A DNA stretch of 64,000 nucleotides, taken from Tubiluchus corallicola (Eukaryota; Animalia; Priapulida). A model generated the notes under the pieces. That model saw nothing but the letters and a program-made list of their open reading frames with translations, was not told where the DNA came from and made no database searches. This document shows, piece after piece, positions 42,401 to 55,985 of the stretch. The position numbers were made by a program, and so were the translations under genes. Positions within the stretch are counted from its first letter, which is position 1; every line of letters starts with the position of its first letter. The DNA is taken from the NCBI GenBank assembly GCA_030141605.1, contig JAQGDQ010000600.1, positions 67,768-131,767 on the forward strand. The letters run 5' to 3'.

Positions 42401-45400
42401 TTGGTATTTTATAGCCACAAATCTCGACATCTTTGGGAATAATTCGACTTGTAGCAAATGACAGCGGATACATCCTGCAATCAAGAAACACAATCATTCA
42501 TTTTTTATCACAGGGACCATGTCCGCCACCTGTCTGGATTCTAAACGTCCGGGTTACTAAACAGTTCCGGGTCACAACCACAATCGCGCAGGGGCGTAGC
42601 CAAGTTCCAAAGTTAGGGGAGCAAGCACATAAAAAATGGTGCCGTGACACATGCAACAATTACATCTTTGTCTATGCCACAACAGGCAGTATCAGCGTGT
42701 GGCCAAGAGTATATTATAATAATTAGATTTGGGGAAATTTAGCCCTTAATTCAATCAGGCAACCTTGACAAATGAGTTATGTAAATGCAAGCTCATTTCA
42801 AAAACACGGGAAGCAGGTAGGTCAAATAATAAAGTAATAAAGTAATAAATGAGGCAAATCTTTGAAAATGCATCATTTTTGAAAATTATACTCGGTAAAG
42901 TGGTTGCTCCCTTTAGTGGATACGCCGCTGCCATCGTGTACACTTTAAACTCAACAACTACTGAGTCACTTGTCCTTCCCTTTAAACTAGTATATAGATT
43001 TAGCAATTTAATGCTGAATTTTGTCAATAAGTTATTGTATAATACACAATATTATATTATATTATATCATGTTATATTATATTATATTATATCATATCAT
43101 ATCATATCATATCATATCATATCATATCATATCATATCATATCATATCATATCATATCATATCATATCATATCATATCATATCATATCATATCATATCAT
43201 ATCATATCATATCATATTATATTATATTATTTTATACAATTATTAATCATTTCTTTAAGATTTAAACTTACAGTTTGGCCTGACAAGCTATGCTTTTAGG
43301 CTCAAACTGTATGCATCAAAATTCTTCTGTAATGTAATTTGCACATGTATATGCTGCATAAGAATCTCTTTTGTAATTTCTGATTTATATTACATTTATA
43401 TTTATATTTAGTTCAGTGGAAAATTATCTGTATTTTTATTATAACTGTAAGATGCAGTGTGGAAATAAATAAACTTAAAAAAAATGAATTGTCACTCTCC
43501 TGTGAAGGAATGGTCTCATATCTGATGAAACATAACTACAGCTTTCACAGGCTCTGTGACTCAGTCTCTGGCATAGAGAACAAGAAAAAAGACGTTTGGT
43601 AAGTTATTTCATGCTAAATCTCTGCTTCGATGGAGTTCGTCAGCTTGAATCCTCAAGAGGACGCCAAAGCACCAAGAAGTGGGACACCACGACACTGATT
43701 GTATTACTAATTAGTGAGTTTTTTTATAAAATGATGCAAGCAATTTTAAAATTTATATATGTACAACTGTTTATTGCAGCATAATTTCGTTAGCCATGAT
43801 GTTGTCACGTTTTAGGAAATAAATGAAATTGCTTCAACTACCATAGCGGTGATATATTACAGTCGCTACAACATAAAAAGAGCAGAAAATCTTCTTGTCA
43901 AGGTACCTGAATGTTTCTTTGAGACAAGCTTTCACATATGGCATGTTCTTCAAGTGATCTATGGTGACTTCAGCATCTGGTCCAACTACATTCATAACCT
44001 CATTGCAGAGTTTCTGCTGTGCTCTAGGATGCAAAGCTAGCTGATACAAGGTCCACAACATTGCATTCGAAGTCTATAAAAACAAATGAAAATGCAAGGG
44101 GCATGAAAAGTTAAAGTAAAACCGGATCCAAGCTTAAACTGTAGGTCAAAACAATCTACTCTTTAAAATATTGAAAGAAAAAATGGTATTTTTTCAAAAA
44201 TCACTTTCATGAAAGAATTTGATGGATAAAAGGCAGTGATCTGTTTGAAGATTTAGTTCTTTGCTGTCATCCATGGCACACAGCAGTAGGCACAACCTTC
44301 GTATTGATCATAGCTATATAATTTTACTGTATACATTTACTTATGTGTAAAATGTATATATTTATATTTGTGCCTAATAATAAATAAATGAATAAATAAA
44401 TTATTACCACGCAAAGACAATTTCGTGTTCGCGCCGCTGATTCTTCGCTGTTACATGCATTACGCCATTTGCTAGTCAGACCGTCACTAGCGCCTGCATT
44501 TCGTAAACGCGCTCGTGGATATTTGAAAATGTTAGTTTGTGATGTCATCAATAGTTGAGCTCGCCCGCCGTTAATTAAGATTCGCTGCGCACTGGGAGGT
44601 TTCACTCGTAATAACGATTGCGGCTGGCTGTTAACCAGGCGGATGCATTTGCTCGGAACCTCCACTGTCAGTTCAGTGGCTCAAGAGGAATAACCTTGAC
44701 GTCAAGCTAGATTGCGGTCCTTTTACAAACTTCTCACATTAACTTGGTTTGCTGCTGAATGCCAAGTGATTTAAAAAAACTGTCGATGAATAAACTAAAC
44801 AATGCAGCAGCAACATTACAAGAATGCCATGTATTTTTCACGTGACGTGACAGTCTTATTACATGATGTCACTTTAGCCGCAAGATGTAATATTCATAAC
44901 ATCACGACACGTAACTGGTCACCCACACTTATACTAAACCAGATCAAGTAGGCTTTACTGTGATACGTACAGTTTCTAGAGCTCCTTGAAGTAGATCAAC
45001 AAGTGTTTGTACGAGCTCATCCATGGTTAATTCTGACTTTGTTGACAGGAGGTACGTCAGAAACGAAGACTGCTGACCTTCAGGAATTTCTCCATTTTGA
45101 ATGGCCTCTAATCTCTGCAAAGTTCATAAATTGAATATTCTTCTCAAAAGGGGACATTCAGTTACACTAAACAGGCAAAGACAGTGCTGGACTGAGTCAT
45201 GGGCTCTATGGGCTACAGTCAGGGCCTCCAGGAATTTAAGTAAAATTAATTCACTGTGAAAAATTGCTACAGAATGTAAATAAACACTATATTTATATTT
45301 ATCAAAGTCTGTAATTCTACTGTGCTATTAAAGAGAAATGTCTCTAGTTATAGTATAAATTCGTAGATTTATAGTAGTTTCAAAGAATGAAGCTTCTAAA

Positions 45401-48400
45401 AGAGTCCATTGGTGAATAAAAGTTAATTAGTGCTAATGACAGTATATTTTATGATATAAATAACCCTAACACTGCGCAGATAAGATCAATGACATTTTCA
45501 ATAAGTCTGTTATTAAAACAAATTAGCTCATCAGCACCACTTCCGTAAAGCAGAATATCTCAACATCAGCTCTACCTTTACTACAAATTTTTTTCCGATT
45601 CTCAAAACGTTCTTCCCGTATTCGCAGTGTTCCTTCCATTGGCGGGTGGGGTAGTATTTGTACAGGGGAAGGGAGAAGAGGAGAGACTGCATCGTCCTGA
45701 AGTAGCCAACAACGCTTGTGATGAAATGTTGAGCGTCCTCTGACGGAATCTCTGAGAAGTTTCCCAGTCGCTCCTCGAATACTATCATGCCAACAGCTGA
45801 TAACAAACGATTATTATAATGTTGCAAAACAGTGAGAATAACAAATATAGGATAAAGACTTTGTCAACCATTATTTATCATCGTCAAAATTTGATGAATA
45901 AAAATATAAGGAAGTGAATTAGTTTTTCTGTATATTTATAGTAACTTTTGAGAGAGTTTCTCTTTTGCTTGAAGTAACTCTGGGTTGATGTATATGTAGG
46001 GATTTTTAAGCTCAAGCATAAGAATGAACCGAATAAAAGAATGAATAAGTAAATCAATGAATAAGTTCATGTATGTATGAATGAATAAATAATCAGTTTG
46101 ATGAATGAATACACACATGTATGGATGAATTAAATAATCAATGAATGGATGCACACACGCATGAATGAATAAATAAATGCATATCACAGTAGCTAAATGA
46201 ATGAATGAATGATGCTAAGAAAAGTAAAAAGGGAGATAAGGAGAAAGATAGATGTTTAATTCATCTGTTGAGTCATTCATTTGTTTCTTTGTTTTCGTTC
46301 TTTCACGAAAATATATATTCATTCGTTCATTTTTTCATTCATTCATTACGTCGTAACTTAAAATTCACAGCGAATATGACCTATAATTATTTATTCATCC
46401 ATTCATTCGCTTTCTTATCAATTCATTTGTTAACTCATTCATTCATTTATGCTTGAAAAGGATTTCCACAAATAGTAACAAATTGCAGTTATGCTTACAA
46501 AGTTTCCCAAAGATAGCAACAAATCACAGCTGCCCTTACAAAAGTTTGCCAAAGTTACCGACAAATCATATTCATGCTTACTTTCCATGGTCCATCTAAA
46601 GAGCAGATTTCCTAGATTTTTTACTAAGTCGCTGTTGTCTCTGCACTTATCTAGATGTGACACAAAGTCTGCAGTTACTGAGTTTAGCATTGGGTTGTAC
46701 TGTACAAGCTCTTTTGGTACCAACATCTTCTTCCCTAAAAGCTTGCGATATTTTTGCCATTCCTTTCCTTGCCTATATATCAAAATTAAAAACTGAACAA
46801 GCCTTTTCACAGTTTCGTTGTGCGCACGCGCAATTGGAGCAGGTCACAAGTTCAGCGTACCACAGCAACACGTCTTAACTACAACTGTAACGTGGCATGC
46901 GTGTAAAGCAAAACCGTCTGCCGCATTAGTGCAGTAACTTCAGTTGTTTTACGTGTGCTTAGTTATGCATTAGTGTGCGCGTACAGTGATTTACCAGCAG
47001 GATTTTGCTTGGAAACAAGAAAAAATGAACTAGGTAAAGTTGTATCTAACTGATAAAACTGTTAAAACACAAATGCGTTGTCTGGTACACTTAACCTTTG
47101 ACCTATCCACGATCATCATAAATCGCTGGAACTGTGAAAATGCTTATTACTGATGTAATGAGTAATTGATTATGAGTTTTACCAGCTAAATTTGGTATAT
47201 TTAAAACCCAATTTGTTTTTCTAAATTACTTTGATTATTCCTATGATACACCAAAGCGTTTAACGTCTGAAAGCGAGAAATACATTTTGTATATTTTCAA
47301 TGAGTGATGAAGCCAAAGATTTTGGCGCGGAAGCCAGATGCTGGAAAATACAAGCTATTCCAACTTTTTGCGCGTTTGGTGTCCAGCTTCTGTTCCACAC
47401 TGGCCAATGGTCAATGATTAGCGGGTCTGTGATCGCGTTGTCTGCACCCGTAAATTGTTTTGCGAAAAACTGCTGAAAATAAGAAAGCAGTGCAAAAATA
47501 AATTGGATTACCATACCTTTTGTTTTCTCACAAAAAGCATGAAGACTAAATGCCAGATGTTTTGTTCTAGCACCCAGAGAAAGCTGGACGGTTGAAGTTA
47601 TCAGCCAGATGACAGACGCTGGACGCATTGGTGTATCATAGAGGCAGCAAATATGTCGGAAAACAACAAGAATAATTTCCTAAATCATCATTGTCATCAT
47701 CATCATCATCATCATCATCATTATCGTCGTCGTCGTCATCGCAATCATCATCATCATCATTATCATCAAAACCCGTGCCACTGCCACCACCACCACTGTC
47801 GTCGTCATCATCATCATCGTCGTCATCATCATCATCACCATCACCATCATCGTCGTCGTCGTCGTCGTCATCATCGCAATCATCACCACCACCACCATCA
47901 TCATCATCATCGTTATCATCACCATCATCATCATCATCATTATCATCACCATCATCATCATTATCATCATCATCATCATCATCATTATCATCCTTCTCTT
48001 CGTCGTCATTATTGTCCGCTCTGACATCCTCTCAAATGGTAATACTTGATTCTTATTATTAAGACATAAATGCTGTTCATAATTGTGCCCAAGGGCTAAG
48101 GCATAAATGCTTACGAGTTTACGATGCCCAAGGCCATATTGTTCTGTTTTCGAAACTCCACCATTGGATCCAGTTCAATTCTGTGTGGATACTGATCTTC
48201 TGTTGCTATGACCTTTGAATATTCCTTCAAGTCGCTAATCACTACAAAGTCAAGAATTCCGATTTTTTCCTTGTAGACGTCGCCATAGGCCTTCCGTCTG
48301 GCTTGTTGTGCCTTAAAAATAATTGATAAATTACAAAACACGTGTACAAACTTTCGATTTCAGTTTATACAGGCACTTTAAACATTTATTATTAAAACAA

Positions 48401-51400
48401 CACAACTTTTATTAAAGACTTTAATTTACAACTATTTAAAAAACGTGTCCAAACGTTTCGAAGGCAATCAGCTGTCATACACCCCAATATAAGTGTGTAC
48501 CACTGATGATGAGAGCTGATTGCTTTTGAAACGTTTGGACACGTTTTTTAAATAGTTGTATATTGAAGTTTTTAATAAAAGCTGTGTTGTTTTGATAATT
48601 TTCTTTTGGTTTTAGAGCTGTTTTACTATGCACAGCGTCATTTTTTTCGAATCCAGGTAAAAAAATGACAGGTAAAAAGTCACAGGAAAAGAGTCGCAGG
48701 TAAAAAAGTTGCAGAAAAAAGGCACAGGAAAAAAAGAAATTACACGGACCTCAACCATATCCGTGGGTGTAACCCCTAACCCGTAACCCTGTTTTTTCCC
48801 TGTGACTTTTTTCAAAGCCAAAATTGTGACTTTTTCCACGACTTTAATCCTGTGACTTTATTACACCTTTTTAATTTTCCAAAATCATCCTATTAATTCG
48901 TAGATTTTCTTTATTTATGTAGCGTTTCAGTGATTGCAAAGCCAAATAGATCTGTAAATGGAAACAGACATCAGGCCAGGTGCCACTAGGGATCTCTGGG
49001 CGCGGCATCGGGTTAGAGTCACTATGGCTCCGCTTTCTCCTCCGTTCCGTATTTTCGGTTTGACGGAGCACCATTTTCAATCGCCAGTCATACTTCTTCC
49101 TGCAAACTGTCTGGGGTGGCAATGTACAAGCAAATATTGCTCAACGAAAAATTACTGCCAAGTAGACCGTGAAGATGGTACAAATTAAAATAACCAAAAA
49201 AAAAATGCAACGGTCACGTCACAAGTCGTCATCTATCGGGCATTAACAGCGTAAAGGCACTTAAAAAGACGGACGCTCGATTAGAATCAATCTCATTTTA
49301 ATTTAGTATCCAAAATATACATCTCGCGTATGCATCTCCAAAATCTCTTAAAAAGTTAGCAATTGTAGTTAATACTTGAACAGCCTTAGAAAGCTAATTA
49401 AAGGGAACCGAGCACAGCTATCGCTTATGTCACAAACGAACCATAGTTTGTGCAATGGTAGACAACTTCTCTGCGCGTCAAATACGTTTGCGTAAGCGAA
49501 GATTGCTTTTAGTCACTGGTGTGATATCACGAAAATAAGTTCTGTATCACACTGACGTCACAGACGAGCTCTGCAGATTCATGATCACGCTTATCACGGT
49601 TCTGCGCCTATTTGTCGGCCACGCGAATTTGACAAAAAGGCGCTATTGAAAGTCTTAGTGAATTCACTGAGCCGCGCGTAGCTTTGAAAGTTTAACGAAA
49701 TTTAACTATCTGAGGTAATTATTATTTAATTTTAGCTTTGATATGAAAAAAAGCTATTGTGGTTTTCAATATTTTAGAGCATGGTTTATTTTGAAGTAAT
49801 GTCTACGCAATCGTCCGGTTTTCTTTTAAACAAAAGGGTCACCAAATCAAGAATGCTGTGCTGAAACGTAGTGAAGGCTTTCTTGGAATTTGTGCTACTA
49901 TAGTTAAGTAAACAAATTTACGTAATTAGGGCAGTTTCACATTTTAATTATTATCTACGTAATTCATTCCTTTCACTCTCCTGGTACCGTCAACTGCGCA
50001 GGCGTAACAACATTCCAATGTTCTAGATTGTTCCATTAGACAATGGAAGCATCAAATCTGTCTGGCACGCCCGCATTGTTAATCTCATGTTGTTTACGAG
50101 TAATCATGTGTGGTTTACACCCTTGATAAGAGTAAATAAAACCCACCCCCACTGCGTGTGATTAGGTCGCGATCAAGTTTCGCCCTCCCCCTCGTTTAGT
50201 GTTCGCAATTACCGACCCACTTATTACGCAAGTCTGCACTGCGTTCCCATTCTTTCATGACAATAACAGGCAGAAATAGGAGAGCAGTTACAACAGAGAA
50301 GATGCAAGAAGAGCAGTTCTAGTACAAGGGATACAAAAAGAGGAGGTCCACGGACAGAGATAGAAAAAACACTTCCAAATAAGAAAGGTGTAAAAACAGA
50401 ACTTCTAATGGTGGGCGAGAGAGAGAGACAGGGAGTGAAAGATCGAGGGGAGAGAGAGAAAGCGAGAGCAGAGAGCGACAGACAGAGAGAGAAAGCGAGA
50501 GCAGATAGAGACAGAGATACAGTTGCAACAGAGGAAAAGGAGTTCCAAAATCAGAGATGTAAAAAAATCTGTTTCATTGACATGACAGAGAGAGAGAGAG
50601 AGAAAGAAAGAGGGAGATAGAGAGAAAGAAGAAAGAGAAAGAGAGAAAGAAAGAGAGAGAGAGAGAGTGAGTAGAGATAAAAATGTAAAAATAGTCCTTC
50701 TGAGTAACAACCACTCGATTTTTTAGCTTTTTTGCATAGAATTTTTAGGCCGTATTCACCGAGTTTTAGGCCTAATTGGTATTCACCGAGTGAAAAAAGG
50801 GAAGGCATCCTTGGTATCTACGTCCAAAATACTTATAAGAAGTTCACAATAAAGTAGGGTAACAAAACTTCACTCAAACTTCTGAAAAAAGTTTTTAAAT
50901 TTCTAGGTTTAATAACACTACCAGCAGTTCCAATTAATGCATTACTGTAACAAATTACTGCCAAAAATCATGACTCTTGGGGCTCTAGCCCAGAAACAAC
51001 ACAGTAAAACATGGTGACCAGATTTAGCACATAACAATACAATCTTTTAACGTTTTATTTTGAAAAGACAAAAAATCCAGAGACAACTTACCAAAAACAA
51101 TTTGCTAAAACTGAAACTGTTCTTCTTAACCCCGATGTAATCTAACAGCGTCCCAATGTAAGGTAAACCCTTAGGACCAGGAACGTCTTTAAAGCTCTTT
51201 GGTTTGAATGGACACTGCTCCTCTTCAGTGTGAACAGGAATGGATTTGCCGTGGCCGTGTGCTTCGAGATCAATAAGCTGGTAAATAAATTTTAAATTTA
51301 TTTAATAATAATAATAATAATCATCATCATCATAATAATAATAATAATAATAATAAGAAGAAGAAGAATTGTAATCTTTAAAAATTTTTATACACTCGCA

Positions 51401-52038
51401 AAGTTAGATCTGCTTGCCGTGGTTTATTTTATCCAATTTTTGTTATATTTCTTAGTATTACGCTTACTTGATTGATAGACTTATGTAATAGGAAAGGACA
51501 ATTCTTAAAGGACAAGAAAAGAGGTACCTGATGTAGGTTTCAGAAAAATCGAATAAAAATTATATTTCTTTGTAGCAATTTTATGCGTATATCGTACTCG
51601 CGTTGAAAGGATTTTTTGTTTGCTTTGATTTTAAATCTCCCACAATACTGTTCCATCCAAGCCATTACATGACGTCATATGCGCAAATCATAATATTTTA
51701 ACGGTAAGTCGTTTGAAACAAGTTTAGATAACATTGCATAAAGTTTGAAAAAATAATCAGAGCATTCGTAGCACACTTCGCTTATTAAGCAGAAGTTTAC
51801 ATTACTTTATATTGTCAGTTAGACTAATAATGTTTTTGGTGAGTCAGTGGTGCACACTGGGATAATGAAACAGTGACGTTTTGCCACCAGCTGGCGCGAT
51901 TATTTTGAATTAAACAGAATTTTCCTTTCCAGTTACATAAGGGCACCGCTAAGTAATATAACTTTGTATGAAAACTTTTTTGGGGCATATGCACTTTAAA
52001 ATTGCCATTTGTTCACCTTTAATTCTCATTCTGCTATA

Positions 52039-52087
<49 letters not shown>

Positions 52088-52287
52088 TATATAAATATAT
52101 TTATATAAATATATATATATATATATATAATAATCTTTATTTGCCATTATATATCACTGATAAAAACTTTACAGAGATGATCAATCAGTGTTAGTTAATA
52201 AAAACTTACTCTGCTAAAGGCAAATGCGTCAGTGCAATCTGAACTACTGTGCAGTAATGGAAAGTAACGACGAATAAAATCAAACAT
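39450..52287 (-). CDS. Cytochrome P450, mitochondrial clan, CYP10-like, ~537 aa
   Basis: complement(join(39450..39599,40582..40625,41020..41176,42396..42474,43907..44073,44971..45114,45576..45796,46582..46772,48115..48311,51092..51277,52210..52287)) = 1614 nt, phases consistent. Motifs: [15 protein letters not shown]-helix GALETT, KETFR (ExxR), PDRW, heme [17 protein letters not shown] and YPLSFATSR recall CYP10 (from memory). The first coding exon is less certain. Confidence 0.9.
39801..40118. mobile_element. Tigger/pogo-like MITE in the last CYP intron
   Basis: TA|CAGTAAGGCCTCGCTTAACG ... CATTAAGCGAGGACTTACAG imperfect TIR. Confidence 0.65.
41287..41638. mobile_element. hAT-type MITE rich in TTCGAA motifs
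   Basis: TIR TAGGGGTGAGCAT/ATGCTCACCCCTA; 8-bp TSD CTAGTAAG. Confidence 0.9.
41812..42320. repeat. Old degenerate ~140-160-bp tandem repeat (~3.5 units)
   Basis: Recurring TGTG(C/G)GTCAA..AAAATCAG..CAGAGAC..GTACTA(C/T)TGACT..AGTAGTA blocks. Confidence 0.6.
42516..42579 (-). pseudogene. Pseudo-exon: partial copy of CYP exon 9 within intron 7
   Basis: Near-copy of 41092-41146 ([17 protein letters not shown] vs [18 protein letters not shown]) with a TAT>TAG stop. Confidence 0.8.
43050..43230. repeat. (ATATC)n/(ATATT)n microsatellite
   Basis: Direct reading. Confidence 0.95.
46800..47144. mobile_element. MITE-like dispersed repeat (copy of 19038-19421)
   Basis: TIR AGCCTTTTCACAGTTTC/GAACTGTGAAAATGCT and a shared interior. 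Confidence 0.7.
47241..47641. mobile_element. MITE
   Basis: TIR CTATGATACACCAA/TTGGTGTATCATAG. Confidence 0.7.
47684..48010. repeat. (CAT)n/(CGT)n/(CAC)n microsatellite
   Basis: Direct reading; source of the poly-His/Met/Ser ORFs. Confidence 0.95.
48388..48599. mobile_element. Long inverted repeat (Penelope-type inverted terminal repeat relic)
   Basis: Arms of ~90 bp (..ACAACTATTTAAAAAACGTGTCCAAACGTTTC.. / ..GAAACGTTTGGACACGTTTTTTAAATAGTTGT..) around a ~30-nt loop. Confidence 0.75.
48500..48538 (+). ncRNA. Minimal type-I hammerhead ribozyme motif
   Basis: CCA-CUGAUGA-U-GAGAGC(UGAUU)GCUUUU-GAAAC-GUU-UGG: stem I CCA/UGG, core boxes, and a palindromic AACGUU stem III. Confidence 0.55.
48650..48870. 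repeat. Foldback-like element with short subrepeats (AAAAAGTCACAGG ... CCTGTGACTTTTT) and a central TAACCC tract
   Basis: Direct subrepeats on the left recur inverted on the right; Helentron/foldback-like organisation is an inference. Confidence 0.5.
50415..50672. repeat. (GA)n-rich microsatellite
   Basis: Direct reading. Confidence 0.85.
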
Positions 52288-52717
52288 ATTTACAACTATG
52301 CACAAAAAATGGAAAAAACTATGATTTAATTCTATGATTTATTAAAACTATAATTTGATGAATGAATTCCGCCATGCGTCTGAAGCTTTCAGTAAATTCC
52401 CTACAAAACGTAAGTTTTCTCCCAGCAATAGGATTACAGGATTAGCGATTACGTAATCGAAGATTTTCCTGTTTAATCCCGAGACCATACGCGATCGAAA
52501 TCACGTAGACATTTTTTCCTAAGCGGACAGATTTTTTCCCCTAAACACGTTTAGTTCCCAGAAATGCCGTTTCGCAGTAATTAGCGGTAATTTTAATTGC
52601 ATATTTCGCAAACTGCGCAATTCGCTTCATCTACTTAGCATAAGCGACCTGCTTCCCCCGGGAATAACTCTAGTACCACTTTACCGATCTTGTAAAGTTG
52701 ACCCAGTTTCCCCTACA

Positions 52718-53345
52718 AATAATAATAATAACAATAATAACGGTAATAAAAATAATGATGATGATGATGATGATGATAATAATAATAATAATAGTAATAA
52801 TAATCGCCTTATTTCACAAACATAAACACAAGTACAATTAAAAAATCACACACTTAAATAGACAACGCATACAGGAACACGTCTCTACAAATACAAAGCT
52901 CTTTTTCAGCGTAGACAATTAAAAAATACCATAATCTATAACAAACACTCTACATATATATCACAGTGCTGACTGAATACATTAATCCCTCGCAAAGTTA
53001 ATTCGTACCTTTTAATTTAGAATCACGTGTTGTTGAAATTTCATGCACATAGTTAATCAACAATTTCTTAACTTCCACATCTCCACTTTTTTTAAAAATA
53101 TAAACTTATCAATATCACACATGGATGGGAATTCTGGAAAAATATCTGATATCTGATTTAAGAATGTAGTCCTTTCTTTACAATAAACATTGCAATAAAC
53201 AACACCAAGTGAAATTCATCTTCCGTGCTCCCATTCTTACAAAAGTACATTTTCTCATATCAGCAGGTGTTTTAGGTCTAGAATATCAACCAGTCTCAAT
53301 TTGTAATCTATGCGCGCTAACACGGAATTTTCTGTAGGTTTCAAT
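52718..53345 (-). mobile_element. Decayed LINE (RTEX-like) 3' end
   Basis: Minus strand KFRVSAHRLQIETG*YSRPKTP..RKC..EDEFHL with a stop and frameshift, followed by an (ATT/ATC)n tail. Confidence 0.65.
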
Positions 53346-54988
53346 GAGGAAATCTAACGAGGTACTGAAATATGTTGGTAGGACTTTACTTCACAAAGTT
53401 ATACTCTTTTATGCAGTACGGCGCGCTGTCAACACAAGAACGGCACTCAAGGAGATAACTTACTTAAAATGCAAAGTTCTGCCGAAACCTTGCTGAACAA
53501 AAATGATGATCTTCAAGGATGAGATAGTGAACTAGCAAGTGTCTTGGCTACATTAGGTGTGAATAAACTCTCCCTGAACGAAAGTAAAGTAATAGTCATA
53601 GGGAGTATCGCCAATGAAACCGCCAAGAAGCATTGTCCCCTAGTCACCCAACCAGTTACTGACCTAGTGAATAACTTCATCACGTGACCACTCAATAATT
53701 TTTCTTACTACAGCTAAGCGTCACGTAGGTCATACAAGCCATTGTAAATGCACAATGTAATTTATCTGTCTCATCCAAGTAGCCTGGTACTCCAACGGCA
53801 CCAGCTAACCTTTCTGCAAAATTTTATTCACTAATTAATTACGGAACTTACTAAACTAACGAAGAAAAACTAGGTCTTCCACAGGAGAGTAACACCTCCT
53901 TCTCTTGCATCATGTTTTATCTTAGCTGTCTGATAAGGTCAAGCTATCCGACAAGCTATTGTTTAAACTGTTCTTTAACCCGGTTCCCCAGTCATTAAGT
54001 TTTACATACAAATTATTTTTAGAATCCATTAATATCACATAGTTTTTTGCCCCTAAACATTGACACGTCTCCGACTTTTGTCGATCCGACAGGCAATTCG
54101 CCAGGAACATGCAACAAGTTACATTTGCACAAGCCACACATATTTACAATATCTTTATGGGAAAAATTGGAAACCATTGTTTCAATTCTCTCACTTTTAT
54201 GGCTTCACAATATAAAAGTCGCAAAGAACTACTATAAAATATCTCACCTCTTCCGCATGAAGCATTTTAGCCAGAAGCGGATATCCGGTCCGTAAGTGAC
54301 GAACAATTCCAGGGGGTGCAGGCGGCTGAAGTAATTGCCTGGCTAATGCCATACATCTCTTCCCTTGCATTTTATTGGTTAAAATTGATCCTGAAATAAG
54401 AAAACTTGCAATTTACTAAAAGTGTAAACTGAAAGTCACGTGATCAACATGCTTGTTTATTGAGCATATCTGAACGTATTGAACATTATTGAACATATCT
54501 ATACTAATCTATTATAATTGGAAAGGATGAAACCTAAAGTTACGACTTGCCTAGTGTACTGTCAAAGAAAAAACGTATCGAAACATATTTAAAAAATCAA
54601 AATTCATTTTCATCCAAATGGTCTGGGTTCAATTCCCGCTGGAGAGCTAAAATGAACTTAGTGAACAATTAGTTTTCAGGTGGGGGTTAACATAGTTTTC
54701 GAGGCAAAAATGCTCATAGCGTGTGATCAGTTTGCGTAAGTTGCAGAAAATTTTCCTACTTTTTATGATCTAGGGTGGAATCTATCTCGCCTCCCGCACA
54801 TGAAACAAGCACTTTGTCATGGAAATTGCCGTTAACTTGAAAATCTTTTATTTCTTTTTATAGATAAGTTTCTAGCCTATAAATTTCGAAGCATTACGAG
54901 TCTAGACCAACTTCTAAAAACAGCTGATATGTTCTTTATTTAATGTGCATTTTGACCAAATAAATAAATAAATAAATAAATAACTTAC

Positions 54989-55256
54989 CTTATTAGGAGT
55001 TCTGTTGATGAAAGAAGCTTAACACAGTCTTCGAAACCTAGCGGAAGATTTCTGAACTACGTGATACGCTGTTCTTCATCAAACAGCTACAGTAGGTTGA
55101 GGAAAAACAACCAAAATACCACTAAATTTTTTTATAATTTTGTCTTTTAATTGCTCTAAGCAATTGGTAAGTACTGAACTAACTAAAGATAGTTAATAGA
55201 GAACAGACTTGCTAGCGCCATGAACATACGGTTTTATACAACTGGTCACGTGACCA
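54989..55256 (-). promoter_or_regulatory. Probable CYP promoter and non-coding first exon
   Basis: Perfect palindrome TGGTCACGTGACCA (55243-55256) next to TATAAAA (55232-55238, minus). Strong donor AAG|GTAAGT at 54989; matching acceptor 8 nt upstream of the ATG at 52287. Confidence 0.5.
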
Positions 55257-55985
55257 CAGAGGTAAGATGACCCGATAATAGGGCGGTAAGTGATTAGGGC
55301 ATGCTGCTGGGCGAGGGATTGGTGTTCCTGCTGTGCATTGTTCCTAAAAGTGTTGTTGTGGGAGCGGAGGTATGAATCCGATGAATGAATGACGTAATGC
55401 TAGATGGCGTCCTTAGAAACGGGCGTTCGAGTCCCCTGTGAGACTGACTGAGTTTTCGGACAAAAAACTGCCAATTTTTGCAAAAAAGGTGCTAATTCTG
55501 TCTGCTAGTCCGTCAGTGATAAACCAGGAACAATCCCCTATTTTAGCACGGCTTTCGGGAATCGAGAAGTGCCATTTTCTGACCTGACCCGGTAAATTTT
55601 CAAGGCCAGGAATAGAAAGTTATTTAGAGAATTTACGTTCTCCTGTTTCTGGTCAAGTTCTGATAGCACAGCGCGAGGATTTCGACTCGCAGGTATTTTA
55701 TTTTATGTTAAAACAAAACAGCTACAAATACTGAATAATTGTCATTTTTTAGGATATGGGGCACCAGCAGACAGGGGCGGCTCTAGGTAGTTTGACGCCC
55801 TAGGCAAAACATTTTTAGCGCCCCTTTCTCAACGATCAACTCATTCCCCCAGCAAAAAATTAATTTTTCTTGTATAATATTATAACAATGTATAACAGTA
55901 CATCTATGTTAGGTTTAAGCACGTTTCATAATGTACTAATTAAGTGTAGCAAATTACAGATCTTTTCGTTACCTAAATTCGCGCC

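Noticed and set aside
54310-54352. HDV-like ribozyme tail (hairpin followed by GCTAATG)
   Set aside because: I could not find the matching P1, P2 and P3 strands upstream.
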